IMG/VR virus record: IMGVR_UViG_3300042881_000493
Span: 1-63,860 of that record
DNA: 63,860 bases
From: a virus
Lineage: Duplodnaviria > Caudoviricetes
Strand: one strand, 5' to 3'
Position numbers and translations under genes: made by a program. Within the stretch, counting starts at the first letter, position 1. The number at the start of each line of letters is the position of its first letter. Shown here piece by piece: positions 38,668 through 47,098 of the stretch. A model generated the notes under the pieces. It did not search any database. It was not told where the DNA came from and saw only the letters and a list, made by a program, of their open reading frames with translations.

Positions 38668-38968
38668 TTGATTTACCTTTTGTGTTCTGAGAAACAATCA
38701 TCTCTGAAAGTTTCTCGGCCAACAGATCGGCAACAGTGTCACCGTTGTACGCAAGGCTCGTAGCAAGTTCGTCCTCACCAATCACAGAGATCGCATCGCG
38801 GATACCTTTGTTGTATCCACCATTGAACTCGTCATCGCCTTCGACGATCATCGTAATAGCATCACGCACAAGGGCAGAAGCTTTGCGCTGACCAGCGGCT
38901 AGCTTTAGTTTGTCGTACACCTCCCGTTTAAGATGTACCGAGTAAGGTACTAAGCGGTTATCTTCCAT
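38648..38968 (-). CDS. Putative ribbon-helix-helix DNA-binding protein
   Basis: PYSVHLKREVYDKLK...ASALVRDAI. Confidence 0.55.
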   Translation of the reverse strand: MEDNRLVPYSVHLKREVYDKLKLAAGQRKASALVRDAITMIVEGDDEFNGGYNKGIRDAISVIGEDELATSLAYNGDTVADLLAEKLSEMIVSQNTKGKSNGKKKA

Positions 38969-39369
38969 GCTGAAAACTCCTGTGTTATGCCACGTAGCTT
39001 TTCTTGAGCACGGGCACTGTCTTTTATTTCTGTTCTTGAATTAATTTCCAAGTACTCTTTTAACCAACTGGTTGCTTCCTCTTCGTTAGCAATGAAGATG
39101 TGGCCACCGTCGTAGAGAAACTTGTGGAACTGAGAGTCTCTGCTGAGAATCCCAGCCGTTCGAACGCCATCGTTAGAGTGCTCTTGCTCTCTGTTCATTG
39201 GACGCTCTTCGTTATTAAGACGTACCATAACTACTTGGTACCTTGCACCTACGAAGTCACGCAGTATCTCCTCCGGCAATTCGTCTGGGTGTATTGAGAG
39301 TGTCAATACGAACCCAGTCTTATCTTGCTTGAGAGCTACCTTGACGCTTTCAAACTGGCTTGTTTTCAT
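38950..39369 (-). CDS. Conserved hypothetical phage protein
   Basis: QFESVKVALKQDKTG...LRDFVGARY...SRTEI. Confidence 0.65.
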   Translation of the reverse strand: MKTSQFESVKVALKQDKTGFVLTLSIHPDELPEEILRDFVGARYQVVMVRLNNEERPMNREQEHSNDGVRTAGILSRDSQFHKFLYDGGHIFIANEEEATSWLKEYLEINSRTEIKDSARAQEKLRGITQEFSAWKITA

Positions 39370-39389
39370 ACAAAGTTAATACTTTAGTA

Positions 39390-39674
39390 CTAAAAAGGTA
39401 TATCGCTGTCGTCAGCAGGAACCTCACGCTGTTGTGCAGGTTTCTTATAGTTGTTCACTTTGATACTGAAGAACTTTCCAAACTGTCCTTCTTTAATCCA
39501 AGCACCAAGCTTCATGTTGATAGAGTCAGCGCCCTCTTGACGGGCATCTTCCAACATCTCTTTGATGAGAGAGATGTCAACATCAATACTTCCAGTGTAG
39601 TCTGGTGAGTTGGGGTTGATCTTAGGCTGCTTAGCTTTGCCGAGCATTCCTGAGTTTGGGTATTTAGTAGCCAT
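39390..39674 (-). CDS. Putative single-stranded DNA-binding protein (DUF736-like)
   Basis: PDYTGSI, LGAW, acidic DDSDIPF C-terminal tail. Confidence 0.7.
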   Translation of the reverse strand: MATKYPNSGMLGKAKQPKINPNSPDYTGSIDVDISLIKEMLEDARQEGADSINMKLGAWIKEGQFGKFFSIKVNNYKKPAQQREVPADDSDIPF

Positions 39675-39676
39675 GA

Positions 39677-40363
39677 TTATCCTTTCAGTTCTTCTTTACG
39701 GGTTTTGAATGCGCCCATGAGCGCGGTATATCTCTCAACGTCTTCTAACTTCAGACGATCAAAGATAATTCTGTTGTTGGTAAACAGCTTCATGACTTCA
39801 GCTTCGTTATGAGTCTCTGCTAGACCCATCTTCGTGATGTCTACTACTGCTGTGATCCAAGATTCTGATGAGTCTCCGGGTTCCTTCTCTACGATGAGGT
39901 GCCAAGACTTATCGTCACGGCCTTCCATCTTCAGAGGAACTGGTGTCTTCTTAACTGGCTCAGGTTTAGGTTCTGGCTTCGGTGCTTCTACGGGAGGCGC
40001 TGAATCTACTGCGTCCCCTTCCACAAGCTCTAAAGCGGCCATCCAAAGGTAGCGACGTTGGTAGCTCAAAACTGCGCCCAAATTTTGGATAGGGTGTGCA
40101 CCTTTGAGATTAGCTTCGGCCATTGGACTGGTAATCACAATGACCGTGCCGTCATCTACATCTGTGATGCATAGTTGGGCATACTCAGTGCTAAACGTCA
40201 CGACACCGCACAGGCCAAGGTCGTTGAAGATGGTTTGAACATGAGGGATAAAGTCACTCAACTCAAAGTATGAATAGCCGGCAAACTTATTGAGACCAGA
40301 CTTCTTCATCTCTGTGGATTGAAGCTTGACCCTAGCTTGCATTAGCTTTTTATGGACTGACAT
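39677..40363 (-). CDS. erf: ERF-family single-strand annealing recombinase
   Basis: KSGLNKFAGYSYFELSDF, IQNLGAVLSYQRRYL. Confidence 0.85.
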   Translation of the reverse strand: MSVHKKLMQARVKLQSTEMKKSGLNKFAGYSYFELSDFIPHVQTIFNDLGLCGVVTFSTEYAQLCITDVDDGTVIVITSPMAEANLKGAHPIQNLGAVLSYQRRYLWMAALELVEGDAVDSAPPVEAPKPEPKPEPVKKTPVPLKMEGRDDKSWHLIVEKEPGDSSESWITAVVDITKMGLAETHNEAEVMKLFTNNRIIFDRLKLEDVERYTALMGAFKTRKEELKG

Positions 40364-40840
40364 TTACTTTCCTTTTTTAAAATATGTATTCATCACATCT
40401 TGGTAGTCAAAGAACTCTTTGAAACAGTCTTCGATAAACACTGTCTCCAAGCTTGTAGCTTCGACTTCACCGTTGTATGTGAATACTTTCTTTGGGACTC
40501 GTGTGTGTTTAAGTACAAAGTCCAAACCAGTTTGCGTAACTCTCCAGTAGCCGGAGTGTTTTTTCTTTTCGTCTTCTGTATTAGGTCTACGCTCAACAAG
40601 ATCCCACCAACGAAGTGTTGGCAGTTGATTGGTTCTAACAACCCACTGCGGGCCATTAACAGGAACGTTGACCCAGCCAGCTTCATCGGCCTTCGCAGTA
40701 CATAACCAGATCAAAGACTTGGCCATAGACTTGTTGATGTTACGTGCATAGACTTTGCCCCAACGATCACACACGGGGCAGTGGCCACCGTCACGATCTA
40801 TCGTATGTCTCCATGCTTTTCTGAGTTCTGCTTTTTCCAT
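40364..40840 (-). CDS. Hypothetical protein with CxxC and a winged-helix-like C-terminus
   Basis: CPVCDR; LRWWDLVE...SGYWRVTQTGLDF. Confidence 0.65.
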   Translation of the reverse strand: MEKAELRKAWRHTIDRDGGHCPVCDRWGKVYARNINKSMAKSLIWLCTAKADEAGWVNVPVNGPQWVVRTNQLPTLRWWDLVERRPNTEDEKKKHSGYWRVTQTGLDFVLKHTRVPKKVFTYNGEVEATSLETVFIEDCFKEFFDYQDVMNTYFKKGK

Positions 40841-40848
40841 GATTCACC

Positions 40849-41085
40849 TCATTTAATAGATGGACGACCGGGGCGCTTCTTTGGAGTACCGTCTTTCTTT
40901 ACGCCGTACTTGTATGTCTTAGTCGAAACAGTGACTGTGTTAGTCGGCATCTGCTGCTGAGAGATAGCAATCTCATGGTCGATGTAGTGGATCAATTGAT
41001 TGACTTGCTTGAACGGCATCTCAATCAATGCACGGATAATCATCTCAGCACTTTCTTGTGTGAGCGATAGGCTAACTGGTTTCAT
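40849..41085 (-). CDS. Small protein with an AT-hook-like tail
   Basis: YGVKKDGTPKKRPGRP; start taken at MKPVSL. Confidence 0.6.
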   Translation of the reverse strand: MKPVSLSLTQESAEMIIRALIEMPFKQVNQLIHYIDHEIAISQQQMPTNTVTVSTKTYKYGVKKDGTPKKRPGRPSIK

Positions 41086-41978
41086 AGAATTTCCTTTAGG
41101 TAGTTTTGGTATTGAGTGCAGAACGTTGATACTTGGCAGTAACTGCGGCATCGTGTTCTTTCTCCTTGTCTTACTTCGATTACAAACTTCTCGTTCTTCT
41201 TGGCCGTCTCTTCGGACTTCGCCAGTGCTTTCTCGGCTTCCTCAAGTGTCTCGTGAACACTCTTTGCCCTAACGTTCCCATCCTTCTTTAAAGCATAGGA
41301 AGTTTTCTTCTCCCACATTTCTTCGGGTGTGCAGTCTGGCATCTCGCCATCTGTCTCCATCTCAAACAGAGCAGTGCCGTGGTCGTAGATTCGTTTCGTG
41401 ATAAATGCTTCACGCTCTTCGAATGACCAGAGTGGAATATCAATCGTGGCCACTGGTGATTGTGGATAACCTTCTTTAGATGCGGCATCGCGGGCAGACC
41501 AGTCACGAATGATGGCAATGATCTGAAGCTTACCCACGGGTACCTTCTTAACCTTCTCCACCAACCATCCATAAATATTTAATTGGCGGTGCCAGTCATC
41601 CTTCTCATTCATCACTGCCCATGCGCCAGTAACTTTGTAATCACTGATCGTCATAGTCCCGTTAGGCTCTAGCTCTTGTAAGTCAATCGCACCAGAGATC
41701 TTCCATCCCTCAAACTCAATGTTCAATCTCTCTTCAACGATGTGATGTTTGTCTTTGCCGTGTTCCAAAATATTGTGAACAGCAGAACCAAAGAGTGACC
41801 ACACCATCTCACTTGCATCTTGCTCGATGTCATCCCAGTGTTTCTTTTTTAACTGGACGATGCGAGGTGAGTTGATGATCTCAGTTGCAGAGATGTGTGC
41901 CTTACCTTTGGAGTACGTTGGTCGATGGATTACATTGACAAATGTCTGAGGTAAGTTGAACTTGTTTGTGAACTTCAT
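41082..41978 (-). CDS. PD-(D/E)XK (Cas4/RecB-like) exonuclease
   Basis: GSAVHNILE, ISGAIDL, DYKVT, QLNIY, RCRSYCQVSTFCTQY. Confidence 0.85.
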   Translation of the reverse strand: MKFTNKFNLPQTFVNVIHRPTYSKGKAHISATEIINSPRIVQLKKKHWDDIEQDASEMVWSLFGSAVHNILEHGKDKHHIVEERLNIEFEGWKISGAIDLQELEPNGTMTISDYKVTGAWAVMNEKDDWHRQLNIYGWLVEKVKKVPVGKLQIIAIIRDWSARDAASKEGYPQSPVATIDIPLWSFEEREAFITKRIYDHGTALFEMETDGEMPDCTPEEMWEKKTSYALKKDGNVRAKSVHETLEEAEKALAKSEETAKKNEKFVIEVRQGERTRCRSYCQVSTFCTQYQNYLKEIL

Positions 41979-42074
41979 TATCACTCCTGTCTGTTAGTGT
42001 TTGAGTGATTGTACCTGCTACATTTTATTTTTGCAATAGGTAGGTTAAAATATTTTTATCAGGTAGGAGACACC

Positions 42075-42362
42075 ATGAGATACGCCAACAGAATCGACGC
42101 TAACCAGAACAAAATTGTGGACGCATTACGGGGCGCAGGAGCGGTCGTAAGGATCATCTCGCAGGGTGATGGCATCCCTGATCTTTTGGTGGCTTATAAC
42201 GGCTATACGGTGCTTATGGAGGTCAAAGACGGGGACAAAGTTCCTTCAGCAAGGAAGCTCACCGAGGCCGAGCAGAAATTCTTCGACGAGTGGACAGGTG
42301 GAATGCTAGTAGTAGTTAATTCTGTAGGGGAAGCACTTGAAATTCTTAAACGCTGCGAGTAA
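42075..42362 (+). CDS. VRR-NUC-like PD-(D/E)XK endonuclease (possible resolvase)
   Basis: AGGAG RBS; DANQ..IV.ALR, GIPDLLV, LMEVKDG, LTEAE. Confidence 0.8.
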   Translation: MRYANRIDANQNKIVDALRGAGAVVRIISQGDGIPDLLVAYNGYTVLMEVKDGDKVPSARKLTEAEQKFFDEWTGGMLVVVNSVGEALEILKRCE

Positions 42363-42422
42363 TATGGTGGCAATCCAGAGGGCTGGTTGTTTTGTGAGTT
42401 GCTTTTTTCCTTTGATTGTTTT

Positions 42423-42453
42423 AGTGGCCTCGTAACTGGGGCCACTTTTTTTT
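42423..42453 (+). terminator. Rho-independent terminator
   Basis: AGTGGCC...GGCCACT stem followed by a T run. Confidence 0.65.
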
Positions 42454-42622
42454 GGGGCAAATGGGGCAAAAGCGACACCGTGTCGTATTTGAGTTTGTTT
42501 CACATATATATATGTGTAACAACTTTCTTGCCCCAAATGCCTTGGAACCCGCATGGATACTGGAGTTTTTAGGGCAAATGGGGCAACAAAAAAAGTGTAC
42601 TTTGCCCTGTGGTTTTGCCCCA
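42454..42622. repeat. Iteron-like GGGCAA/TTGCCC repeats around an AT palindrome (candidate origin)
   Basis: GGGCAAATGGGGCAA at 42455 and 42572; inverted TTGCCC at 42528, 42602, 42615; CACATATATATATGTG at 42501-42516. Confidence 0.5.
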
Positions 42623-42626
42623 ACAG

Positions 42627-42653
42627 TTGCAGAAAAATTTTAATTTTTCTACG
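42627..42653 (-). promoter_or_regulatory. Palindromic motif copy; 27-bp exact inverted match to 55082-55108
   Basis: TTGCAGAAAAATTTTAATTTTTCTACG, 4 nt upstream of TTGACA. Confidence 0.7.
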
Positions 42654-42657
42654 GGAG

Positions 42658-42688
42658 TTGACAAGGCCGGAACAGTTGTGCTTATAAT
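42658..42688 (+). promoter_or_regulatory. Sigma70-type promoter
   Basis: TTGACA (42658) and TATAAT (42683); the 19-nt spacer is long. Confidence 0.6.
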
Positions 42689-42719
42689 CCGCCCGTTGCT
42701 GTCGGAGGCAATGAATTTG

Positions 42720-42821
42720 AGGCCGTTTACACATGCGTTCCGCTTTACTTAATGCTTTCTGTGGGGAGAGTCATTAAGCAAGGCTCCGACCGGACGCAGT
42801 TGTAAGCGGCCTTTTGTTTTT
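42720..42821 (+). ncRNA. c4/CI-like antisense RNA candidate
   Basis: Nested stems 42720-31/42801-12 and 42734-42/42791-98; junction CTCCGAC is complementary to GTCGGAG at 42701; U-tract follows. Confidence 0.5.
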
Positions 42822-43291
42822 GAGACTGGGACTGGTGGCGGGTTAGCGCCGTTACAAGCCCTTTCTTGTTTTGAAAACACTGCTTTATGTGGCAGTTCCA
42901 GTCTCTCCTCCTACGACAACTTGCCTCAAGAAACTATCGGGTTTTGGGTTGGCACGAGGGAAGCGTAGGAAGCCGTAAGGTGTAGTCCGCAGTCCACCAA
43001 CCCTACAACGTTCCGTCTTGGGGCGAGAGCACTGGAAGATGCAAGGTGCAATCGGGGGAGTTCCGTTGTTGTCCGTGGTTCAGTCTGCGGGTGGCGGCAA
43101 CGGGCTGAATGGCCGAGCTAGACGTTGCCAAGCGACGGAAAGCATTCAGAGGTGACACAAGCTGGATTGATGTCACCCCACACGATACTAAGCTACGGCT
43201 CCGGGGATGTGGATAAACGCCTAGGTGGAGATACTCTCTCCCCTAGGCAGAGTCTTGCCCAGCCGAGCCTAGCACCCACCAAGGATGTGAA

Positions 43292-43645
43292 ATGAACCTT
43301 TCCAATAAGTTGAAACGCAAGGCGGTGAAACTAGCTTGGGCGGTACGGGCTTCGTCCATGACGGATAACGAGGTAGCAGACGAACTGCGTAAGACGGCAG
43401 ACCCGTTCCTGTACACGGATGAGTGGAGGAAGCTTCGCCGAGAAGCTGCCGAGAGGTACGGGCTGATATGTTTTAAATGTGGGAGAGAGAACAGTCGCAA
43501 GTTCCCTATTAACATGGATCACATCAAACCACGTAAGTACTACCCTGAACTTGCTTTGGACATTGAGAACCTACAGCCGCTCTGCGGCCCTTGCAACAAG
43601 GCTAAAGGTAACAAAGTTACAGGCGTATTTAAAACGCAACATTAG
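43292..43645 (+). CDS. HNH endonuclease
   Basis: CFKCG...NMDHIKPR...NLQPLCGPCNKAKGN. Confidence 0.88.
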   Translation: MNLSNKLKRKAVKLAWAVRASSMTDNEVADELRKTADPFLYTDEWRKLRREAAERYGLICFKCGRENSRKFPINMDHIKPRKYYPELALDIENLQPLCGPCNKAKGNKVTGVFKTQH

Positions 43646-43741
43646 GGAAAGTCCCTAGCACCTTTTTACAACAGACGGCACAAACTGCTAGAACTGTGCA
43701 ATAATAATTGGAAACATAGCAGGTATAACAGGAGATAAGCA

Positions 43742-43942
43742 ATGAGGTATAACGAAGAGAATCTAACGCATGGTGGAGCAAGAAGAGGGGCGGGTCGCCC
43801 TGCTACATCGGTGGATAAGCGCAGGGTTGAGGTGCTTATGAACGAGGGTCTCTCTATGAGAGTTATTGCTGAGAGATTCGGGGTAACTGCTGCGGTTATC
43901 AAGAGAGTAATCAGGGAGATCAAGAATGGACAGACCAAGTAA
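43742..43942 (+). CDS. Small HTH DNA-binding protein
   Basis: GGARRGAGRP; GLSMRVIAERFGVTAAVIKR; AGGAG RBS. Confidence 0.75.
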   Translation: MRYNEENLTHGGARRGAGRPATSVDKRRVEVLMNEGLSMRVIAERFGVTAAVIKRVIREIKNGQTK

Positions 43943-44234
43943 AGAAACATGCCTGACGATGGCCAAGTACCAACATGGTTGCATGAATGAAGAGTTCATG
44001 TGGCGGTGGCTTTTTGAGTGGGCTACGTGGGAGGATGACATGAGGTGTCATGTGGAAGCTAAGAAACTTAAGCAAAGGAGATCAGTAATGACCAAAGAGC
44101 AGATAGAGAGATTCAACCAGACATTCCCAGAGTTCGACAACATCCTTGGCAGAACGATGGTGGCGTGGGTGGAAGCTGAGGTAACGCAGAAGTTAGTGGA
44201 GCAGTTCGATGAGATCTTTGAGGATACGAAATGA
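43926..44234 (+). CDS. Hypothetical protein
   Basis: Overlap-coupled in the rightward operon. Confidence 0.5.
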   Translation: MDRPSKETCLTMAKYQHGCMNEEFMWRWLFEWATWEDDMRCHVEAKKLKQRRSVMTKEQIERFNQTFPEFDNILGRTMVAWVEAEVTQKLVEQFDEIFEDTK

Positions 44235-44416
44235 CTTGGCCGTTCCCCAATTCAAACCCGCCTAATTCTTTGGAAGACCTAATGGAGCAAGGCGAGACCC
44301 GAATGTTAAACGGCAGAGAGATTATTCTTGCCCCCTACAAGGGTGCTAAGTACCGCATTGGGTGGGTATACAAAGATACGGGTCTACCGCCAACAGACGA
44401 GGACGCACCGTTATGA
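44231..44416 (+). CDS. Hypothetical protein (MTWPFP...EDAPL)
   Basis: ATGA overlaps at both ends. Confidence 0.6.
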   Translation: MTWPFPNSNPPNSLEDLMEQGETRMLNGREIILAPYKGAKYRIGWVYKDTGLPPTDEDAPL

Positions 44417-44694
44417 AACTTTTTAAGTATTCAGATTACAAAAATAAATCTCATGTCAAGCGTGAACCTTTATTTGAGATAACTGAGATTGCTGACAAAT
44501 TAAACATTGATGAAACAGATCTTAGAAACAAAATAAAAGGCCGACGGCGTGAAGGGTATCCATCCCCACCCAAACCAGCAATTGAACGAAGACTTTCCTA
44601 TGTTGGCACTAGGCCACAGTTGTACAAACTTTCAGAATTTAAGCAATGGCTTAAAGATTTAGAAAAGTTTAATCAAGAGGACGCACCAAGATGA
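44413..44694 (+). CDS. Putative HTH (excisionase-like) DNA-binding protein
   Basis: ITEIADKLNIDETDLR...PKP...YKLSEFKQW. Confidence 0.55.
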   Translation: MKLFKYSDYKNKSHVKREPLFEITEIADKLNIDETDLRNKIKGRRREGYPSPPKPAIERRLSYVGTRPQLYKLSEFKQWLKDLEKFNQEDAPR

Positions 44695-44936
44695 CCCGCG
44701 ATGAACTATTTGAAGTTGCTGAGAAGGTAGGGCTTGGCTTTATCAGACACGCCAGTGATAAGGACATTGAGAAGTTTGAAAGCTTTGCCCAACTGGTAGC
44801 AGAAGCTGAGCGCAATAAATACGAAGCCATCATCACCAACATGGCAAATTTGTTGGAAGCGCAACAGAAACGTGAAGGCGTTGCAGTTGAAATGATTGCA
44901 GCGGCTTTAGACATCCGAGCAAGGGGACAAGCATGA
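44691..44936 (+). CDS. Hypothetical protein
   Basis: FAQLVAEAER...IRARGQ phage small-gene pattern. Confidence 0.65.
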   Translation: MTRDELFEVAEKVGLGFIRHASDKDIEKFESFAQLVAEAERNKYEAIITNMANLLEAQQKREGVAVEMIAAALDIRARGQA

Positions 44937-45109
44937 AAGTCCGAAAGGTAAGAGGCCAAAACAAGGTAAGCAAGATTACTTTGACCGCCACCGAAGTTGC
45001 GTTAGCCAAGACGATGGGTATATCGCTTGAAAAATATGCACAGACAGCATTGTTTTTTATTGCAAAGCAACGCAGATGGAAGTGGTTCTTTAACAAGGAG
45101 AAAGCATGA
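44933..45109 (+). CDS. 58-aa protein resembling the scaffold C-terminus (not in ORF track)
   Basis: ATGA overlaps at both ends; SKITLTATEVALAKTMGISLEKYAQ. Confidence 0.7.
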   Translation: MKVRKVRGQNKVSKITLTATEVALAKTMGISLEKYAQTALFFIAKQRRWKWFFNKEKA

Positions 45110-45303
45110 AACCCCTAAGTGAACGCACGGCAAGGTTGACTATTGGAATGATGAGATCAATGGCTAATTGCAAGCCAATCAGTCCGTTCCATTTAGAAGC
45201 GTCTTATGAGATGGAGCAGTTGTTAAATGAGGTAATTGAATACAGGAGGAAAGATGAAAGCAAGAACAAACCGAAAAAGAATACTAGCAAAGCTGAGTCA
45301 TAA
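45106..45303 (+). CDS. Hypothetical protein
   Basis: AAGGAG RBS; overlap. Confidence 0.6.
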   Translation: MKPLSERTARLTIGMMRSMANCKPISPFHLEASYEMEQLLNEVIEYRRKDESKNKPKKNTSKAES

Positions 45304-45439
45304 CAAAAGAATCCCGTGGCTTATCACGCCTATCCTTGAGAGGGCAGCAAAGATCAAAGAACGTAACGACAGAATCAAAGCACAGGTAGATAAGATGTTT
45401 CCAAACCTGAAAGGAATTCCATGTCAGAACCTGAATTAA
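45254..45439 (+). CDS. Basic hypothetical protein
   Basis: AGGAGG RBS before ATG 45254. Confidence 0.5.
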   Translation: MKARTNRKRILAKLSHNKRIPWLITPILERAAKIKERNDRIKAQVDKMFPNLKGIPCQNLN

Positions 45440-45624
45440 ATATATGGGAGAAGGCGATGGGTTGGCGCAAGCGGCAGATGGTCAAGGCTCAGATCAATGA
45501 GGTGTCAGAGAAGATACGCAACGACACCATTGAAGAGGTGGCTAAGGAGATTGAGAAGATGACCATGTTTGGGCAGGACACCACATCAAGTTTTGCAGTT
45601 TACATAAGGGGCATGAAGCGATGA
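45421..45624 (+). CDS. Hypothetical protein
   Basis: IRNDTIEEVAKEIEK...SFAVYIRGMK. Confidence 0.65.
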   Translation: MSEPELNIWEKAMGWRKRQMVKAQINEVSEKIRNDTIEEVAKEIEKMTMFGQDTTSSFAVYIRGMKR

Positions 45625-45863
45625 TTAAGTATGAAGGTTACGACGAAGCCATCCTTGGCCCTGCATTTATCTGGCGCGACAGGCAACAGGTTCAAGTGCT
45701 TGTCTATGACGGAGAAAAGATACGGGAGATTCTTATGAAGCGCGACGGCATGGAGGCCGACGAAGCTCGTGAGTTTATTGAAGTCAACGTTGAAGGCGGT
45801 TACTTGGGGGTTACGACACCCGTACTGGTATGGCCTCAAGATTTTTGGGATGACGAAGAATGA
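45621..45863 (+). CDS. Conserved small phage protein
   Basis: GYDEAILG...EAREFIEVNVEGGYLG..TP. Confidence 0.7.
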   Translation: MIKYEGYDEAILGPAFIWRDRQQVQVLVYDGEKIREILMKRDGMEADEAREFIEVNVEGGYLGVTTPVLVWPQDFWDDEE

Positions 45864-46033
45864 ATGGATTTGTAGCGCAACAGTTGGTGCTTGGAAGCAA
45901 GCAGCCTTACCACCAACTCAAAGTATGTGACAAGTGTAAGGAAGAGAAGCCACCAGAGGGAGGCATTCAGATGTCACCCAACAAGTGGCATTGTGCAAAC
46001 TGCTGGACTAGAAGGGCAATAAGGAGATCGTAA
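45860..46033 (+). CDS. 57-aa zinc-finger-like protein (not in ORF track)
   Basis: CDKC...EGG...WHCANCW; coupled overlaps. Confidence 0.6.
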   Translation: MNGFVAQQLVLGSKQPYHQLKVCDKCKEEKPPEGGIQMSPNKWHCANCWTRRAIRRS

Positions 46034-46143
46034 TGGAAGAACTAAAAGCAAAACTGGAATGGGAAAAGAAATATAGCAAGATGTTGGAGGAGCTTATAGC
46101 CCACTACCAACGCGAGATTAACTATCTGAAAGCAAACACATGA
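46033..46143 (+). CDS. 36-aa hypothetical peptide
   Basis: AAGGAG RBS; TAATG and ATGA coupling. Confidence 0.5.
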   Translation: MEELKAKLEWEKKYSKMLEELIAHYQREINYLKANT

Positions 46144-46295
46144 ACGAAGCACGACAGGCGTTTGAGTCTTACATGGCCACCAAAGGCAGAAGCATTGCTG
46201 ATGCTTGGAATGGTAAGAGGTACACCAACATCAACATCAATACCAAGTGGTGTTACTTTTTAATAGGATGGACAATGAAAGGACAAGGCAAATGA
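46140..46295 (+). CDS. 51-aa hypothetical protein
   Basis: ATGA coupling at both ends. Confidence 0.5.
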   Translation: MNEARQAFESYMATKGRSIADAWNGKRYTNININTKWCYFLIGWTMKGQGK

Positions 46296-47050
46296 AACTT
46301 AATCAACTCACAATAGATGGCGGTACACAGTCACGGGTCAAGATTATTCAAGAGGCGGTGGATGAATACGCAGAGTCGCTTGCAGGTGGTGCGAGGTTTC
46401 CTCCGGTGCTTGCGTACTACGACGGCATAAATTATTACTTGACTGACGGATACCACCGGTACTTTGCCCACCAGAAGGCCGGCTTAAAGGACATCGAGGT
46501 AACAGTTGTTAACGGCACATTGAGGGATGCGATCCTTAGATCCTTTAGTGTGAATGCAGAGAACGGAAGACATCGTAGCAACGAGGACAAGCGCAACGCA
46601 GTTCAGGCCATGCTTGATGACTTTGAGTGGCAGTTTTGGAACAACACCGAGATAGCCAAGGCGTGTCGTGTGTCTGTGACTTTGGTCAATTTAGTTCGCG
46701 GTGGTGTTAAGCCAGAGGTCGTGAAGGTTACTCGCAATGGTAAAGTGTTTGAGCGTAAGGCTAAGTATGAGAAGCCCGAAGAAGAACCCAAGCATGACAC
46801 TTCAGGAGATGTGATTAAGTCATTGGCAGATGAGAACGACAAGCTGAAGGATCGTTTGGCGGTGGCAGTTTATGCGGCTGACGAGTCAGAGAAGAAGTTA
46901 GTTGAGAACACTATCGCGCAGTTGCGTGAGGATATTCGTTTGTTAGAGATCGAATTGAAGTCTACCCGTATCAGTCGGGACACATTGCTTAATGAAAATG
47001 CGGCAATGAAAAAGCAAATTGCAGCGATGCAAAGACAATTAAAGAAGTGA
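46292..47050 (+). CDS. ParB/Srx N-terminal domain protein with a coiled-coil tail
   Basis: GGTQSR, FPPV, YYLTDGYHRY.A, NTEIAKACRVS. Confidence 0.8.
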   Translation: MKLNQLTIDGGTQSRVKIIQEAVDEYAESLAGGARFPPVLAYYDGINYYLTDGYHRYFAHQKAGLKDIEVTVVNGTLRDAILRSFSVNAENGRHRSNEDKRNAVQAMLDDFEWQFWNNTEIAKACRVSVTLVNLVRGGVKPEVVKVTRNGKVFERKAKYEKPEEEPKHDTSGDVIKSLADENDKLKDRLAVAVYAADESEKKLVENTIAQLREDIRLLEIELKSTRISRDTLLNENAAMKKQIAAMQRQLKK

Positions 47051-47098
47051 GTAAAGCCTAAGCCCACAGGCTAATGTGTGGGTAGCTGGAGAAACAAT

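Noticed and set aside
41082-41978. Cas4 as evidence of a CRISPR system
   Set aside because: Solo PD-(D/E)XK nuclease near ERF and SSB, which is an ordinary phage recombination module
42306-42734. ORFs over the non-coding control region (42306-, 42387+, 42452+)
   Set aside because: No convincing RBS or protein motifs; they overlap a terminator, repeats and a promoter
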